The notes: generated from the letters alone by a model not told the origin. Counted from the first letter of the stretch, positions 8,814 to 19,359 are shown. The stretch is 64,000 bases of DNA from Candidatus Norongarragalinales archaeon (GCA_038884755.1 JAWABJ010000001.1:19856-83855), one strand, 5' to 3'. Program-made: numbers and translations.

Positions 8814-9368
8814 ATGAAGATTTACTTTTTCCTTGCCGCGCTGCTGCTGGCCATTTTCCTTCTCTATTCCTTCTTTCCGAGGTTCCAACAGCCTTTGACC
8901 GAAGCGCAGGCGAAAGCTTTTTTGGCGCAGGACTTGGAGTCTTCCGACTGGCGGATTCTAAATTCTGGCAAGAGCGGGGAAACGTGGGAGTTCGAAGTGC
9001 TCGTGGTGCAGAATGCGCATTCGCCGTGCCCTTCCGCGGAAAAACGTTTTTACAAGCTTCCGCCAGTAAGCTTCCGCCCCGAGCCGTTCATAAACTCCTG
9101 CTATGAGCGTGATAAAATTTTCTTTAGGGAAGAGGCGCTCATAAACTCGGCTAAAAAACTGGGGTTGAGCGACGGTTACGGTTGCGCGTTCAAGGCTGGC
9201 GCGAATTGGTTTGAAGAAAAGGCTTATTGCCCTGCGTTGGACGAAAGCGCAATAGCTTCTTTCGCTTCCGACTTGCCTCCGGATGCGTGGGTTGCAGTGT
9301 GGAACCTTGGCGGCGACACCAAGTATTTGGCTATCGACGAGGACAATAACGTCCTCAAGGCTTCCTGA
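8814..9368 (+). CDS. Membrane-anchored hypothetical protein
   Basis: MKIYFFLAALLLAIFLLY signal anchor, then a soluble Cys-containing domain. Confidence 0.65.
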   Translation: MKIYFFLAALLLAIFLLYSFFPRFQQPLTEAQAKAFLAQDLESSDWRILNSGKSGETWEFEVLVVQNAHSPCPSAEKRFYKLPPVSFRPEPFINSCYERDKIFFREEALINSAKKLGLSDGYGCAFKAGANWFEEKAYCPALDESAIASFASDLPPDAWVAVWNLGGDTKYLAIDEDNNVLKAS

Positions 9369-9384
9369 ACCCGCCGCTTTTTTT

Positions 9385-9594
9385 TTACAAAAGCAGCATG
9401 AGTATTCCCACCAGGAACAGGAACGCGCCGAACAGGAACAGCCCGCCGTAAAACATCGTGAGCAGAACCCCGAACCACCCGCCGGTTATCACCGTTCCTG
9501 GCTGGTTGTACCACAGCAGGAAAGTTCCGAAGAACAGGACCGCCCCGATTATCAAACTCAGTATTCCGTATTTGTTGGCGTTCAATGCGACCAC
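9385..9594 (-). CDS. Small two-TM membrane protein
   Basis: 69-aa hydrophobic ORF filling the intergenic space. Confidence 0.6.
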   Translation of the reverse strand: MVALNANKYGILSLIIGAVLFFGTFLLWYNQPGTVITGGWFGVLLTMFYGGLFLFGAFLFLVGILMLLL

Positions 9595-9721
9595 CTTTTT
9601 TTTCCGGATTGCTTTACTGCTTTCGCGTATTAAAACGTTTTTTTTCCTTTGCTTCCGCCCGATTAAAGGTTAGGTTAAAATACTTTCGCGGGCGTAAGTC
9701 GTTTGAAAGGGTGTTTTTTGC

Positions 9722-9961
9722 ATGTCCAAGCACAAGGTAAAAATTTACACGACGCCCACGTGCGTTTACTGCTCGATGGCGAAAAAATATTTTCAGGAGA
9801 ACAAGGTCGATTACAGCGAGGTCGACGTCACGAAAGACCGGGCTGCGGCTAACGAAATGATTGAAAAAAGCGGGCAGATGGGCGTGCCGGTGATTGACGT
9901 GGACGGGAAGATAATCGTGGGTTTCGACCGCCCGGCGCTGAAGGAAGCCTTGGGCCTTTGA
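9722..9961 (+). CDS. Glutaredoxin / NrdH-redoxin
   Basis: YTTPTCVYC, GQMGVPVI, IVGFD. Confidence 0.92.
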   Translation: MSKHKVKIYTTPTCVYCSMAKKYFQENKVDYSEVDVTKDRAAANEMIEKSGQMGVPVIDVDGKIIVGFDRPALKEALGL

Positions 9962-9969
9962 CGGGGTTT

Positions 9970-10773
9970 TCAAACCATCGTCCGCGACAAGCGCGTTTCG
10001 GCGAGTTTTTCTATGAAATAAAGCATTACCGTGAGGTAAAACGCGTAAGAAAGCACTTCCAGCCAAGACGGATTGTCGTTATACCCGAGCAGGCTTCGCG
10101 CCACCGCGCCCACGCCCGCCTTGTCGTCCAAAAACCATTTCGTGTTCCACGCTTCGCCTGCGAAAGCAGTTATGGCGCCGGCTTCTTGGAATTCGTGGAT
10201 TCCGTGCGCCACCAGCCCCGCGGCGAACAGAATGAGCATGACGCTCGTCGCCTTGAAGAAGACTTTGATGTCGAGGCGTATTCCGACTTCGTAAATCGCC
10301 GTTCCCAACGCGACCGCCGCGAGCATTCCCAACAGCGCCCCGAGCAGGGGGTCGGTTTGGGAAGAAAACGCCAGCGCCTGCAGGAACAAGACCGTTTCAA
10401 AACCCTCCCTGTATACTGCGATGAACGCCAGCGCGGTCAGTCCGCCTGCGATGTTCCGATCCACTGCCTTCTGGATGTTTTGGGCTATTTGCCTTTGCTT
10501 GCTCATCCAGAATATCATCCACGTCAACACCACTGCCGCGATTATCATTATGCTTCCTTCGAAAAGCTGCTCGGCCGCGCCTTCCAGGCGTATTGCGAGG
10601 GAGTTGAGCGCTATTGCAGTGAAAATGCTGGCGAGGATTCCCGCGGCGATTCCCACGTAAACGCGGTTGTTGTGCTCGGTTTGGCCCGTTTTCCTGAGGT
10701 AGCCGAGCATTATCCCGACTATCAGCGCGGCTTCGAGCGCCTCGCGGAATCCTATTACGAATTCTGCAATCAT
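9970..10773 (-). CDS. FTR1-family iron permease
   Basis: Two RExxE motifs (FREALEA, YREGFET), HEFQEAG; ATG at 10773. Confidence 0.9.
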   Translation of the reverse strand: MIAEFVIGFREALEAALIVGIMLGYLRKTGQTEHNNRVYVGIAAGILASIFTAIALNSLAIRLEGAAEQLFEGSIMIIAAVVLTWMIFWMSKQRQIAQNIQKAVDRNIAGGLTALAFIAVYREGFETVLFLQALAFSSQTDPLLGALLGMLAAVALGTAIYEVGIRLDIKVFFKATSVMLILFAAGLVAHGIHEFQEAGAITAFAGEAWNTKWFLDDKAGVGAVARSLLGYNDNPSWLEVLSYAFYLTVMLYFIEKLAETRLSRTMV

Positions 10774-10784
10774 TTTTTTTCCAC

Positions 10785-10907
10785 TCAATCTTCCGGGTGG
10801 ACCAAATGCAGCAAAACGCCCGCCCCGATTATGAGCCAGCCCAGCGAATCGCCTTGCAAAGCCAGAAACCCGCCTATTGCGATTGCAACCCAGTCCAAGT
10901 ACATCAT
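10785..10907 (-). CDS. 40-aa membrane microprotein upstream of FTR1 (absent from the ORF track)
   Basis: Manual translation MMYLDWVAIAIGGFLALQGDSLGWLIIGAGVLLHLVHPED*; stops 11 nt before the FTR1 start. Confidence 0.5.
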   Translation of the reverse strand: MMYLDWVAIAIGGFLALQGDSLGWLIIGAGVLLHLVHPED

Positions 10908-11048
10908 GCTGGAGTGCGAGCGCAAAAAAACACCTTTTTTCCGGAAAAGCAACAAACAATATAACTCAGTTATATTTATAATTGGTTGGGTTTTCCTACT
11001 TAACCTTCCTCTGTTCGTGTAATAAATCCCTGCCGCCTTTTTGTTTTT

Positions 11049-11756
11049 ATGCGATTGTGGAAAGTCGATTTCGCTCGCGGCTGCGCGGTTGTGGCGATGG
11101 TTTTGTTCAACTGGCTTTTCGCCCTGGATTTTTTCGGTCTGACGGAATTCGACGCTTCGCAGGGCTTTTGGTGGGCTTTCGCGCGAATCACCGGAGGCGC
11201 GTTCGTTCTCATCGCGGGGGTTTCTCTTTGGCTTTCGTGTTTCAAACGCTCGCGGGCTGAAATCGCGTTGCGCGGCTTGAAGGTATTTTGCTTGGGCTTG
11301 GGCATTACCGCTGCAACCGCCTTGTTCTTGAAGCAGGGCGCGGTTGTGTTCGGGATTTTACACTCAATCGGCGTTTCCACAATTCTTGGAATCGCGTTTT
11401 TGGGGTGGAGTGAAAAAAGGCTTTTAGTTTTTTCCTTGCTTGCCGTGCTCTCCGGAGCCGCGCTCTCGTTTTTTTCCTTCGGTTTCCCGTGGCTGTTGTG
11501 GCTCGGGCTGCAGCCTGCCGGTTTTTACACGCTGGATTACTTTCCGCTCTTGCCTTGGTTCGGGGTTTTTACGGCAGGCGTGGCTTTGGGCAAAAAAGTT
11601 TATCCTGCACGTGCGGTGGAACCGCGGCGCGGGCCTCCCGCTTTTGCGCGTTCGCTGGTTTTTTTGGGCAGGCACTCGCTTGGAATATACCTTGCGCACC
11701 AGCCTTTGCTTGTCGTCGTGCTTTACGCTTTTGGCTTGAACCCGCTTGGTTTCTGA
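11049..11756 (+). CDS. DUF1624 / HGSNAT-like membrane acyltransferase domain protein
   Basis: R.WKVDFARGCAVVAM, FGILHSIG, DYFPLLPW, LGRHSLGIYLAHQP. Confidence 0.85.
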   Translation: MRLWKVDFARGCAVVAMVLFNWLFALDFFGLTEFDASQGFWWAFARITGGAFVLIAGVSLWLSCFKRSRAEIALRGLKVFCLGLGITAATALFLKQGAVVFGILHSIGVSTILGIAFLGWSEKRLLVFSLLAVLSGAALSFFSFGFPWLLWLGLQPAGFYTLDYFPLLPWFGVFTAGVALGKKVYPARAVEPRRGPPAFARSLVFLGRHSLGIYLAHQPLLVVVLYAFGLNPLGF

Positions 11757-12259
11757 AAGGCGCTGGTTTTCACCCTGCACTCTTCACAGAAGACTATTTT
11801 TGAGGAATAGTAGAGCGAAGCGGCGAGCACGATTGTGGCGAAGAGCGTTGCTTCAACCTCGTACTTGAGGATGAACGAGCCCGCGCCCGCAAAACCCGCT
11901 ATGCCCAGAAGCCCGGCAGTGACTGGAGAGCAGCAGGCGGTTGCTATCACTCCCGTTGCGAACGCCCCAAGCGCCCCGCCTCCGGATTTGGCTTCGTGCA
12001 TGGTAAAGCGGTAGTTGCGGAAAACGAAAACCTGGGTTGCGAGTATCAAGCCCAAAAGAACCGATGCTGTTGCCACGAACGTTTTCATCGTGTTGTTGGC
12101 GCTGTAAAGCCAGCTTTCGAAACTCTGACCAGGAATGCTCGTGAGCGTGACGAAAAGCCACGCGAAGAAGATTGCGGAGAGGGCAGACAAGGCGAAATAG
12201 GCTTTCCTTGAAAGGATGGTTTTTTGGGCTTTGAAAAACTCGCCGATTTTGTTGCCCAT
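11723..12259 (-). CDS. Membrane protein with intramembrane CC motif (MerT-like metal handling)
   Basis: ATACCSP in a TM helix, C-terminal CEEC. Confidence 0.55.
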   Translation of the reverse strand: MGNKIGEFFKAQKTILSRKAYFALSALSAIFFAWLFVTLTSIPGQSFESWLYSANNTMKTFVATASVLLGLILATQVFVFRNYRFTMHEAKSGGGALGAFATGVIATACCSPVTAGLLGIAGFAGAGSFILKYEVEATLFATIVLAASLYYSSKIVFCEECRVKTSAFQKPSGFKPKA

Positions 12260-12306
12260 AGTTTTTTTTTCCTCGCGTTCCGCATGAAAAAAAGAAAAAA
12301 GCGCTC

Positions 12307-13122
12307 TCAGCCGGCGAGCGCGTCTATGGCCGCCTTGAACGAGGCGTAAGGCTGGGCTCCGATGAGCCTTCCGCGCACGTCTCCGTTCAAGACTTGGAAG
12401 GTGAACCTTCCGCCCGAAGCGTCAGAGCTTTTGGCGACTACGAACGTCGGCGTGCCGCCAACGAACGTGTCTCCTGGAACGGTGGTTTGCAGTCCTTCGT
12501 TCAAGTGCGCATCCACGATTCCGGCTTTTTCGCCCGAATCGAGGCACTTGTTGAAACCTTGTTCGTTCAAGCCCATATCCTTAGCCCATTTTTTCAGTTC
12601 TTCCACCCCGTAGGTTGCGGTGGACCCGTCAGGCTTGAGCTTTTGCTGCTCGTCGAAAATCTTGTCGTGGAATTCCCAGAATTTCCCCTGGTCCCTGGCG
12701 CATTCGACCGCTTCCGCGGATTTCTGAGCTGCAGGGTGAATTTGGGTGAGCGGGAAGTGTTTGAAATAGATTTTCACGGTTCCCTTGTCCACGTAGTCTT
12801 TAAGAAGCTGCTTGTAAGTGTCGACGTAAAACCGCCTGCAGAACGGGCATTGCAAGTCGGAGTATTCGATTATGGTGACTGGCGCGTTTTCGTCGCCTTT
12901 CATGGCAACGTTGTTGACGTCTGCCGTGACGCTTCCCACTTGCGTGGTAGGCGTGGGCTGTACTCCGCCCGTGCCTCCCGTGGGGAAGGATTTCAATGCG
13001 GTTTTGAGTTCGTAAACACTGTTGGTGATGCCGCTTGCGGAAACCCAAACCACGCCTGATAATATCAACGCCGACGCGACTATGCTTATCGCAATCATGT
13101 ACTTTCCTTCGTGTTCGCTCAT
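12307..13122 (-). CDS. DsbA-family (thioredoxin_4) oxidoreductase, membrane-anchored
   Basis: GDENAPVTIIEYSDLQCPFC, HFPL..IHP.A, GTPTF, GAQPY. Confidence 0.9.
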   Translation of the reverse strand: MSEHEGKYMIAISIVASALILSGVVWVSASGITNSVYELKTALKSFPTGGTGGVQPTPTTQVGSVTADVNNVAMKGDENAPVTIIEYSDLQCPFCRRFYVDTYKQLLKDYVDKGTVKIYFKHFPLTQIHPAAQKSAEAVECARDQGKFWEFHDKIFDEQQKLKPDGSTATYGVEELKKWAKDMGLNEQGFNKCLDSGEKAGIVDAHLNEGLQTTVPGDTFVGGTPTFVVAKSSDASGGRFTFQVLNGDVRGRLIGAQPYASFKAAIDALAG

Positions 13123-13145
13123 ATTTCCAAACCACCTTTTGTTTT

Positions 13146-13529
13146 TCAATTTTGTTGCGCTATCCTCGCGCCGTGCGCTTCGAGCCACGCGCGCAAAGCT
13201 TCTTTTTGCGTGAAGCCCACTTGCCTGTCTCCGTTTGCAGCCAGGAATGTTGGCGTTCCGCTCACGTCGTACTGCTTCCAGTATTCCGGGTTCACGAGAA
13301 CGTCCATAAGCCTAACCCTGTATCCCTCTTTCGAGAGTTCTTCGAGTATTGGCGCTTGCGCCTGGCAGTGAGTGCATTGCGCGCTGTAGAAGTACATAAC
13401 CGGCGAGTTTTCGTCGACGTAGCCTTTCACGCCCGCGCCGGCGGAAGCGAAAAAGAACAGAGCTCCGCCCAGCGCTGCAACGGCGATTATTATCAAAACC
13501 AGCGTCTTAGTCTGCATTTTTTCCCCCAC
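13146..13529 (-). CDS. Membrane-anchored thioredoxin-family protein
   Basis: FYSAQCTHC, YDVSGTPTF. Confidence 0.85.
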   Translation of the reverse strand: MGEKMQTKTLVLIIIAVAALGGALFFFASAGAGVKGYVDENSPVMYFYSAQCTHCQAQAPILEELSKEGYRVRLMDVLVNPEYWKQYDVSGTPTFLAANGDRQVGFTQKEALRAWLEAHGARIAQQN

Positions 13530-13592
13530 CTTTACTTTTTTTCCATTCCTTTTCCTTTCGCGCTCAAGAAAAGCTTTTGCTTTAAACCCCGC

Positions 13593-14753
13593 TCACTCAG
13601 TAACGAGCGTTTGGTTTGTCAGGGCATTCTTATAAGTAACGTTGCTTCCCAGCGAACTCATGTTCCTGAAAACGTGCCACCCGTCTTTTTCAGTGCTGCC
13701 GATCTGCTTCCAAACGCCTTCCAGCTGGGTGAATGGATAGTATTCTTCCATTTCTTCGTCTATTAAAACCGTGGGCAAGAGAGTGATGTTGTATTTTTCA
13801 ATCAGTTCTTTCGCCTTGGGTTGGGTGTAGTTGTAGTAGGAGATTTCGGAGAACTGCACGCCCATCCTTCCCAGTATTCTAGAGTGCACTTCCAAATCGT
13901 AGCACGCTTTGCAATCCTGGTCGATTATGCCCATGAGGACTGCCAGTCCTTTGAGCTTTCCTGACGGAATCTCTTGGTACGGCGGCTGCACCAGCCTCCA
14001 GACCAGCGCTCCATCCTGCTCTTCGGTTCCGACGCTCTTCCAAGCATTTTTCAATCCAAGCTCGTCGTACGCGGCTATGTCTCCGGTGATTATGATTGAC
14101 GGTATTTTGGTGATGTTGTACTTTTGCGTGAGTTCCTTGCCCTGCGTGCTGTTGAACTCCCTCTCCTGCTCCTCCACAAAGCGTATTCCAGTCGTGGTTT
14201 CGAAATTGCTTTGTATAGTCGTCGCTTGCGTGCAGAGTATGCCGCAGCTAGAGTTTACCAGGCGCGTGACTTTCAGTTTTCCAACGAATTCTTTCTTTTC
14301 CAAGTCGTAGTACATTGGCCTGAGTTTGGTGAGGACGAGCGTGCCGTCAGCACTTTCCTCGCCGATTTGCCTCCACAAGTTTTTCAAGTTCGAGACTTTT
14401 GCCGTTTCTCCCGAAAGCAGTATGGCGGGGACTTTCTTTACGCCGTATTTGGCTATCAAGTCGCCGGCGTCCTTGTAAGAAACGGTCTTTTCGCTGATTA
14501 TTTGCACGTCGCCGGCGGATTTTATCATGGTTACGAGCTCTTTCAAGTCAGTGCAGTACCGGCATTCGGGAACGGTTATTACCGTAAGGACCAGCTGGGC
14601 TTTCGGGGTTTGGGTTGTGACTGGCGTTGGCGTAGGCTGTCCGCCGGAAATCTGGAAGTTGCTGGACACCAGCGCGTAGCCCGCGAGAAGCACTCCCGAG
14701 GCAATCAACACGTATAGCGCGCGTTGAAGGTGTTTTTCGGAAAGTTTAGCCAT
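13593..14753 (-). CDS. Membrane-anchored protein with three tandem thioredoxin-like repeats
   Basis: Repeats with CRYC / CGILC / CKAC, each followed by L..KY....P and W...G....DG. Confidence 0.7.
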   Translation of the reverse strand: MAKLSEKHLQRALYVLIASGVLLAGYALVSSNFQISGGQPTPTPVTTQTPKAQLVLTVITVPECRYCTDLKELVTMIKSAGDVQIISEKTVSYKDAGDLIAKYGVKKVPAILLSGETAKVSNLKNLWRQIGEESADGTLVLTKLRPMYYDLEKKEFVGKLKVTRLVNSSCGILCTQATTIQSNFETTTGIRFVEEQEREFNSTQGKELTQKYNITKIPSIIITGDIAAYDELGLKNAWKSVGTEEQDGALVWRLVQPPYQEIPSGKLKGLAVLMGIIDQDCKACYDLEVHSRILGRMGVQFSEISYYNYTQPKAKELIEKYNITLLPTVLIDEEMEEYYPFTQLEGVWKQIGSTEKDGWHVFRNMSSLGSNVTYKNALTNQTLVTE

Positions 14754-14869
14754 TCAAAACCACTTTTACGCCACAAAGCCCTTTCGTAATAGGCGCGGAG
14801 GCTTGGGCGCAAGCAACCAACCGCCCTCTATTCATTTCGAAAACCGTTTTTTTAAACAATTGGTTTTGT

Positions 14870-15142
14870 TCAATCACTTGTTGCCTTCAGCCCCCAGTTG
14901 TATGAAACTGCAATGAGCCACCCGACGAACCCGCCGACAATCAAACCGAGAACGATGCTGGTTACCCACGCGCCTATAGCGAACGCTGGGGAGGCAAACT
15001 GCATCATGCCGTAGTACATGCTTCCGTAAGCTCCCATCATGCCGGCTGGCGTGCCTAGAACCAGGAGCCCGAAAATCCCGTGCAGCGCCGCGCCAGTTAT
15101 TGCGCCTGAGACTACAGCAGCTTTTTCACTCAATTTTTCCAT
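14870..15142 (-). CDS. Small membrane protein (DUF5676-like)
   Basis: Two TM helices ending G..VGWLIAVSYNW; lies downstream of copA. Confidence 0.55.
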   Translation of the reverse strand: MEKLSEKAAVVSGAITGAALHGIFGLLVLGTPAGMMGAYGSMYYGMMQFASPAFAIGAWVTSIVLGLIVGGFVGWLIAVSYNWGLKATSD

Positions 15143-15160
15143 TCTTAATGCCCACCTCAC

Positions 15161-17392
15161 TTAGATTTTTTCCAGCCTCAACGACAGCGCGTTTGCAACT
15201 ACGCTGACGCTGCTCAACGCCATTGCCGCGCCTGCGATTGCGGGCGACAGCAGCCAGCCCGTTTGCGCGTAGAACACGCCCGCCGCAATCGGAATGCCTA
15301 TGACGTTGTAAATCATGGCCCAAAACAATCCGAGTTTGATTTTGCCGAGCGTTTTTCGCCCCAACAGCAGCGCGCGCGGCGCGTCTTCGACGTCGTTTTT
15401 CATGAGGACGATGCTTCCCGACTCCATGGCGATGTCCGTTCCGGAAGCCATTGCTATTCCCACGTCAGCCTGCGCCAAGGCAGGCGCGTCGTTGATGCCG
15501 TCTCCCACCATGGCAACTACCTTTCCCTCGTTTTGGAGTTTCTTAATTTCTCCAGCCTTGTCCGCAGGTAAAACGTTCGCCAAAACTTTTTCTATTCCCG
15601 CTTGTTTTGCTATGGCTTTCGCAGTGCGTTCGTTGTCGCCGGTAAGCAGCACGGATTGTATTCCCATCGCGCGAAGGGATTCAACGGCTTTTTTCGCGTT
15701 GTGTTTTATCGTATCTGCGACTGCTATCACGCCAATGGGCTTGAGCGTGTCGGCGCGAGCGTTGCTTTCAAACAGAACCATCGCAGTTTTTCCTTCGGTT
15801 TCTAGCTTTTCCACTCCTGCAAGGGTTTTGGAATGGTTTTTGGGAGAGCCGATGAAGTAATGCTTCGCTCCCACTTTTCCGAAAACGCCCTTACCGGCGA
15901 TTGCCTTGAACGAGGAAACTTTGCTTATCCTGGCTTTCTTTGCAAGCGCGTGGCCCACTATCGCTTCTGCAAGAGGGTGTTCGCTGGGTTTTTCTAGGGA
16001 AGCCGCTATTTCGATTATTTTTTTTTCAGGATAACCTTTGTCCAATGCAATGACACGGGTGACTTTAGGTTTTCCTTCGGTGATAGTTCCGGTTTTGTCC
16101 CAGACTATAGCGTTTATTTTTCCCGTCCTCTCAAGTGCAACGGCGCTTTTTATCAAAATGCCTTTTTCAGCGCCCATTCCAGTTCCGACCATTATTGCGG
16201 TTGGAGTTGCAAGTCCAAGCGCGCAAGGGCAGGCTATGACGAGGACGGAGACTGCAGCGACCAAAGCAAACGAAAACGCCTGCCCCGAGAAAAGCCAAGC
16301 GGCGAACGTCAGCATGGCGATGATGATAACTATGGGGACGAAAACTGCTGAGACTTCGTCCGCAAAACGCTGTATGGGCGCTTGCGAGCCTTGCGCTTCC
16401 TCGACGAGCTTGATTATTTGCGACAACACCGTGTCCTTTCCTACTTTGGTTGCCTTGAATGTGAGCGAGCCGTGCTTGTTTAGCGTAGCGCCGTAAACTT
16501 TCGAGCCTTTCGTTTTTTCGACTGGCAGTGATTCGCCAGTAAGCATGCTTTCGTCAACGCTCGAGTCTCCTTCAACAACAATTCCGTCGACCGGAATTTT
16601 CTCGCCGGGCCGCACGCGAATCAAATCCCCTGCAACCACTTGCTCTATGGGAATTTCTTTTTCCCTTCCGTTGCGTATTACGATGGCGGTTTTCGGATTC
16701 AATCCCACGAGTTTTTTGATCGCTTCCGAAGCCCTGCCTTTCGCGATTGCTTCAAGATACTTCCCGAGCAGCACGAACGTAATCAAAATCGCTCCTATCT
16801 CGAAATAATTTTCTTTCACTAGCCCGAAGAGCGATGCGACCGAGTAAAAATAAGCGGCGCTAGTGCCCATTGCGATGAGCGTGTCCATGTTCGCGCTGAA
16901 AACGCGCAACCCGGAGAGAGTTCCTTGGTAGAATTGCTTGCCTGCCCAGAACTGAACTGGCGTGGCGAGCAAAAACAAGACTAGCGTTTTGAATTGGAAT
17001 TCTGGCGTGAGCATTACTAATGCGAGGGCGGGAAACGAAAGCGCAGCTGAAACAATTACTTTTAATTTGAGCTCGTGCAGTTCACTTTCCTTAAGCATGG
17101 CCACGTGGTCATGTCCCGGCATTCCCATTGCTGGCGAAGGCGTGGAGTGGCCCATTTGCTTGGACTGCATTCCCTCCTCCATTCGGGGATACGCTTTGTA
17201 GCCGGTTTGCTCGACCGTGCTTACGATTTTTTTCTCGTCGCACTGGCGTTCATCGTATTCCACCGTCGCCTTTTCAGTCGCGTAATTCACGTTTGCGCTT
17301 TGCACTCCTGGCGTTTTCTCGAGCCTGCGTTTTATCAATACGCTGCACGAGGCACAGTGCATTCCTCCTATGTCGAAAACGCCTTTCCTCAT
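15161..17392 (-). CDS. copA: Copper-exporting P1B-type ATPase
   Basis: GMHCASC HMA domain, [29 protein letters not shown] and MALSS Cu(I) signature. Confidence 0.95.
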   Translation of the reverse strand: MRKGVFDIGGMHCASCSVLIKRRLEKTPGVQSANVNYATEKATVEYDERQCDEKKIVSTVEQTGYKAYPRMEEGMQSKQMGHSTPSPAMGMPGHDHVAMLKESELHELKLKVIVSAALSFPALALVMLTPEFQFKTLVLFLLATPVQFWAGKQFYQGTLSGLRVFSANMDTLIAMGTSAAYFYSVASLFGLVKENYFEIGAILITFVLLGKYLEAIAKGRASEAIKKLVGLNPKTAIVIRNGREKEIPIEQVVAGDLIRVRPGEKIPVDGIVVEGDSSVDESMLTGESLPVEKTKGSKVYGATLNKHGSLTFKATKVGKDTVLSQIIKLVEEAQGSQAPIQRFADEVSAVFVPIVIIIAMLTFAAWLFSGQAFSFALVAAVSVLVIACPCALGLATPTAIMVGTGMGAEKGILIKSAVALERTGKINAIVWDKTGTITEGKPKVTRVIALDKGYPEKKIIEIAASLEKPSEHPLAEAIVGHALAKKARISKVSSFKAIAGKGVFGKVGAKHYFIGSPKNHSKTLAGVEKLETEGKTAMVLFESNARADTLKPIGVIAVADTIKHNAKKAVESLRAMGIQSVLLTGDNERTAKAIAKQAGIEKVLANVLPADKAGEIKKLQNEGKVVAMVGDGINDAPALAQADVGIAMASGTDIAMESGSIVLMKNDVEDAPRALLLGRKTLGKIKLGLFWAMIYNVIGIPIAAGVFYAQTGWLLSPAIAGAAMALSSVSVVANALSLRLEKI

Positions 17393-17393
17393 T

Positions 17394-18338
17394 TCAACCG
17401 CCAAAGCCAACCCACGCCAAAGGCCCTTTGGGCGCGTAGACCATTATCAAAACCAGTAGTAGTCCTACGGCCACGTTTGCAGCTACGATGTTCGGGCCAG
17501 ACGGGAGTTTCGCCTTTCCTTCCCTTCCACCCGCTTCCTTCCAGATCATGTAGCTCAACCCGCCCAAAACCACCGTGCAGGCAGCGAAAAGAATGAAGAG
17601 GAATGTGATGACGTGGTCGTTCAACAGCATTATGGTAGTCATGGCGCCCATTATTCCCGCCATCAAGCCCGCCATCAGCCCTTCCAGCACGCCCATTATC
17701 CCGCAGCAATAGCCCGTGTAAGCGCCTACGGCCATTCCGAAAAGCATTCCGACCACGCTTCCGACGAACATTCCGTTGGAAGCCGCGACAACCGCACCGG
17801 CCATGAACCCGGTCATCATTCCCAACGCCATCCCTACCATCATTCCGTTCATGCACGTGAATTCCTTGCGGTACGCGATTGAATGCCACACTGCAAAGGC
17901 GTTGGCGCTTACTGCAACGGCAGAAAGCACGAACAGCCATTTGTAATCCGCCAGCGGAATGTTCAGCACTATGGCTGCAAGAATTTCCGCGCCTATGGTA
18001 AGCAGGAAAGACAATAGCGTTGCTTGCAACAGTGACTGCTCCACTTGAAACCCGTGCTTTCCCCCGAACATCCCGAAAACGTAGTTCTTGCCGCTTTCGA
18101 AGGGGCTTTTTTCAACAGAGTAGTCTGTTTGCAGGGGCTGGCTGGAAAGGGAATATCCTTTCTCACGGACGGCCTGGATTATTTGCTTTTCGTCTTCCGG
18201 CTCGCACTCTATCGTGATGGCGCCAGTGTACTGGTTTGCCTCGACCAGGCTCGCGCCGGGAAAAGAGGAAACGACGCGAGAAATAACGCGGGCGCAAGAC
18301 TCGCACTCGAAGCCCTTTACGTAATAAGTGAATTTCAT
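17394..18338 (-). CDS. HMA domain fused to a Met/Gly-rich membrane domain
   Basis: GFECESC N-terminal HMA, then [20 protein letters not shown] and CCGIMG...[14 protein letters not shown] repeats. Confidence 0.7.
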   Translation of the reverse strand: MKFTYYVKGFECESCARVISRVVSSFPGASLVEANQYTGAITIECEPEDEKQIIQAVREKGYSLSSQPLQTDYSVEKSPFESGKNYVFGMFGGKHGFQVEQSLLQATLLSFLLTIGAEILAAIVLNIPLADYKWLFVLSAVAVSANAFAVWHSIAYRKEFTCMNGMMVGMALGMMTGFMAGAVVAASNGMFVGSVVGMLFGMAVGAYTGYCCGIMGVLEGLMAGLMAGIMGAMTTIMLLNDHVITFLFILFAACTVVLGGLSYMIWKEAGGREGKAKLPSGPNIVAANVAVGLLLVLIMVYAPKGPLAWVGFGG

Positions 18339-18359
18339 TTTTTTTCCCCCCCGGCTTTT

Positions 18360-18563
18360 TCAACTTAAAACAGCATAACCCTCTTTTTCGATTGCTTTCT
18401 TGATTTGAGTTTCGCTTGCCGGGGGTTCGAACTCCACCTCAACCGAGTTTTTCGAGTGGTTGGCTTTCACGTGAGAAACGCCCGTTATTTCGGATATAGC
18501 GTCTTCCACGAGAATTTCGCAGCTTTTGCAGTGCATTCCTTTTGTTTTGAAGCTTTTTTTCAT
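18360..18563 (-). CDS. copZ: Copper chaperone (HMA domain, CopZ-like)
   Basis: GMHCKSC, IKKAIEKEGY. Confidence 0.85.
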   Translation of the reverse strand: MKKSFKTKGMHCKSCEILVEDAISEITGVSHVKANHSKNSVEVEFEPPASETQIKKAIEKEGYAVLS

Positions 18564-18568
18564 GTACA

Positions 18569-18970
18569 TCACTCTGCTACGAGCTTTCCGCGGAACATGT
18601 TCATGCTGCACCTGTAAACGAATTCTCCTGCAGGCGGAGTGAAGCGGAAAGTCTGTATCTTGCCGCTTTCAGCTACTGCCCTTATGCCGAAGTCTTTCAT
18701 CACGAAAGAGCGGCTGCAGCCGGCGGTCTTGTCCGCGGTGAGCCTGAGCTCGACAGGAACGCCCGCCTTGACCCTCACCGTGGAAGGCTCGTATCCCGAC
18801 GCCGTCGCCGTTATTTCGACCACCTGCGCTTTCCTTTCTTCATCAGTCGGTTGCTGTCCCGTGTTTATACCGCTTCCAGACGTCGAAGGGATTGAGAAAA
18901 TCAAAAGCCCAACGCCGAGAATGCCGAGCGCAATCAAGCCTAATAGTATTAACGCACCTTTTTCCAACAT
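18569..18970 (-). CDS. Membrane-anchored cupredoxin-domain protein (CupA-like)
   Basis: GYEPSTVRVKAGVPV, GCSR, YRCSMNMFRG. Confidence 0.85.
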   Translation of the reverse strand: MLEKGALILLGLIALGILGVGLLIFSIPSTSGSGINTGQQPTDEERKAQVVEITATASGYEPSTVRVKAGVPVELRLTADKTAGCSRSFVMKDFGIRAVAESGKIQTFRFTPPAGEFVYRCSMNMFRGKLVAE

Positions 18971-19021
18971 AAACACCCTGCCGTAATCATGCGGATTTTT
19001 CTTGTTCCCCACAAGAAATTT

Positions 19022-19279
19022 TCAGCTTTTTTCAAAGTAATTGTAAACTTTTGCGTAAAGAGCGCCGATGGCGAATCCCGAAATCATGCTCAAGGCCAGC
19101 CCTATTGCCGTAGTAACAACATCCAGAGGTTTTGAGTTCAACAAAATGCCGTGGAAAATGTAGTTTCCGAATGCCAGCGTCAAGTCCGGCAAGAGCGTAA
19201 AGGCAATGGCGCAAACCACGTACAAAATGCCCCACGTGCCGCCTACAGCGTATCCTGTTTTCTTCGCGTCCAAAGCCAT
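19022..19279 (-). CDS. Small membrane protein (DUF5676-like)
   Basis: YVVCA...IFHGI...GALYAKVYN pattern. Confidence 0.65.
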   Translation of the reverse strand: MALDAKKTGYAVGGTWGILYVVCAIAFTLLPDLTLAFGNYIFHGILLNSKPLDVVTTAIGLALSMISGFAIGALYAKVYNYFEKS

Positions 19280-19338
19280 TCTTTTTCCTCTGAATTCCAA
19301 TTCGCTTTACATAATGCAGCGCACCGGGTATTTAAAGT

Positions 19339-19355
19339 TTTACTACAACTGTAAA
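19339..19355. promoter_or_regulatory. Candidate BlaI/CopY operator TTTAC-N7-GTAAA containing the TACAnnTGTA cop box
   Basis: TTTACTACAACTGTAAA adjacent to a minus-strand TTTAAATA, upstream of the cop operon. Confidence 0.6.
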
Positions 19356-19359
19356 GCTT

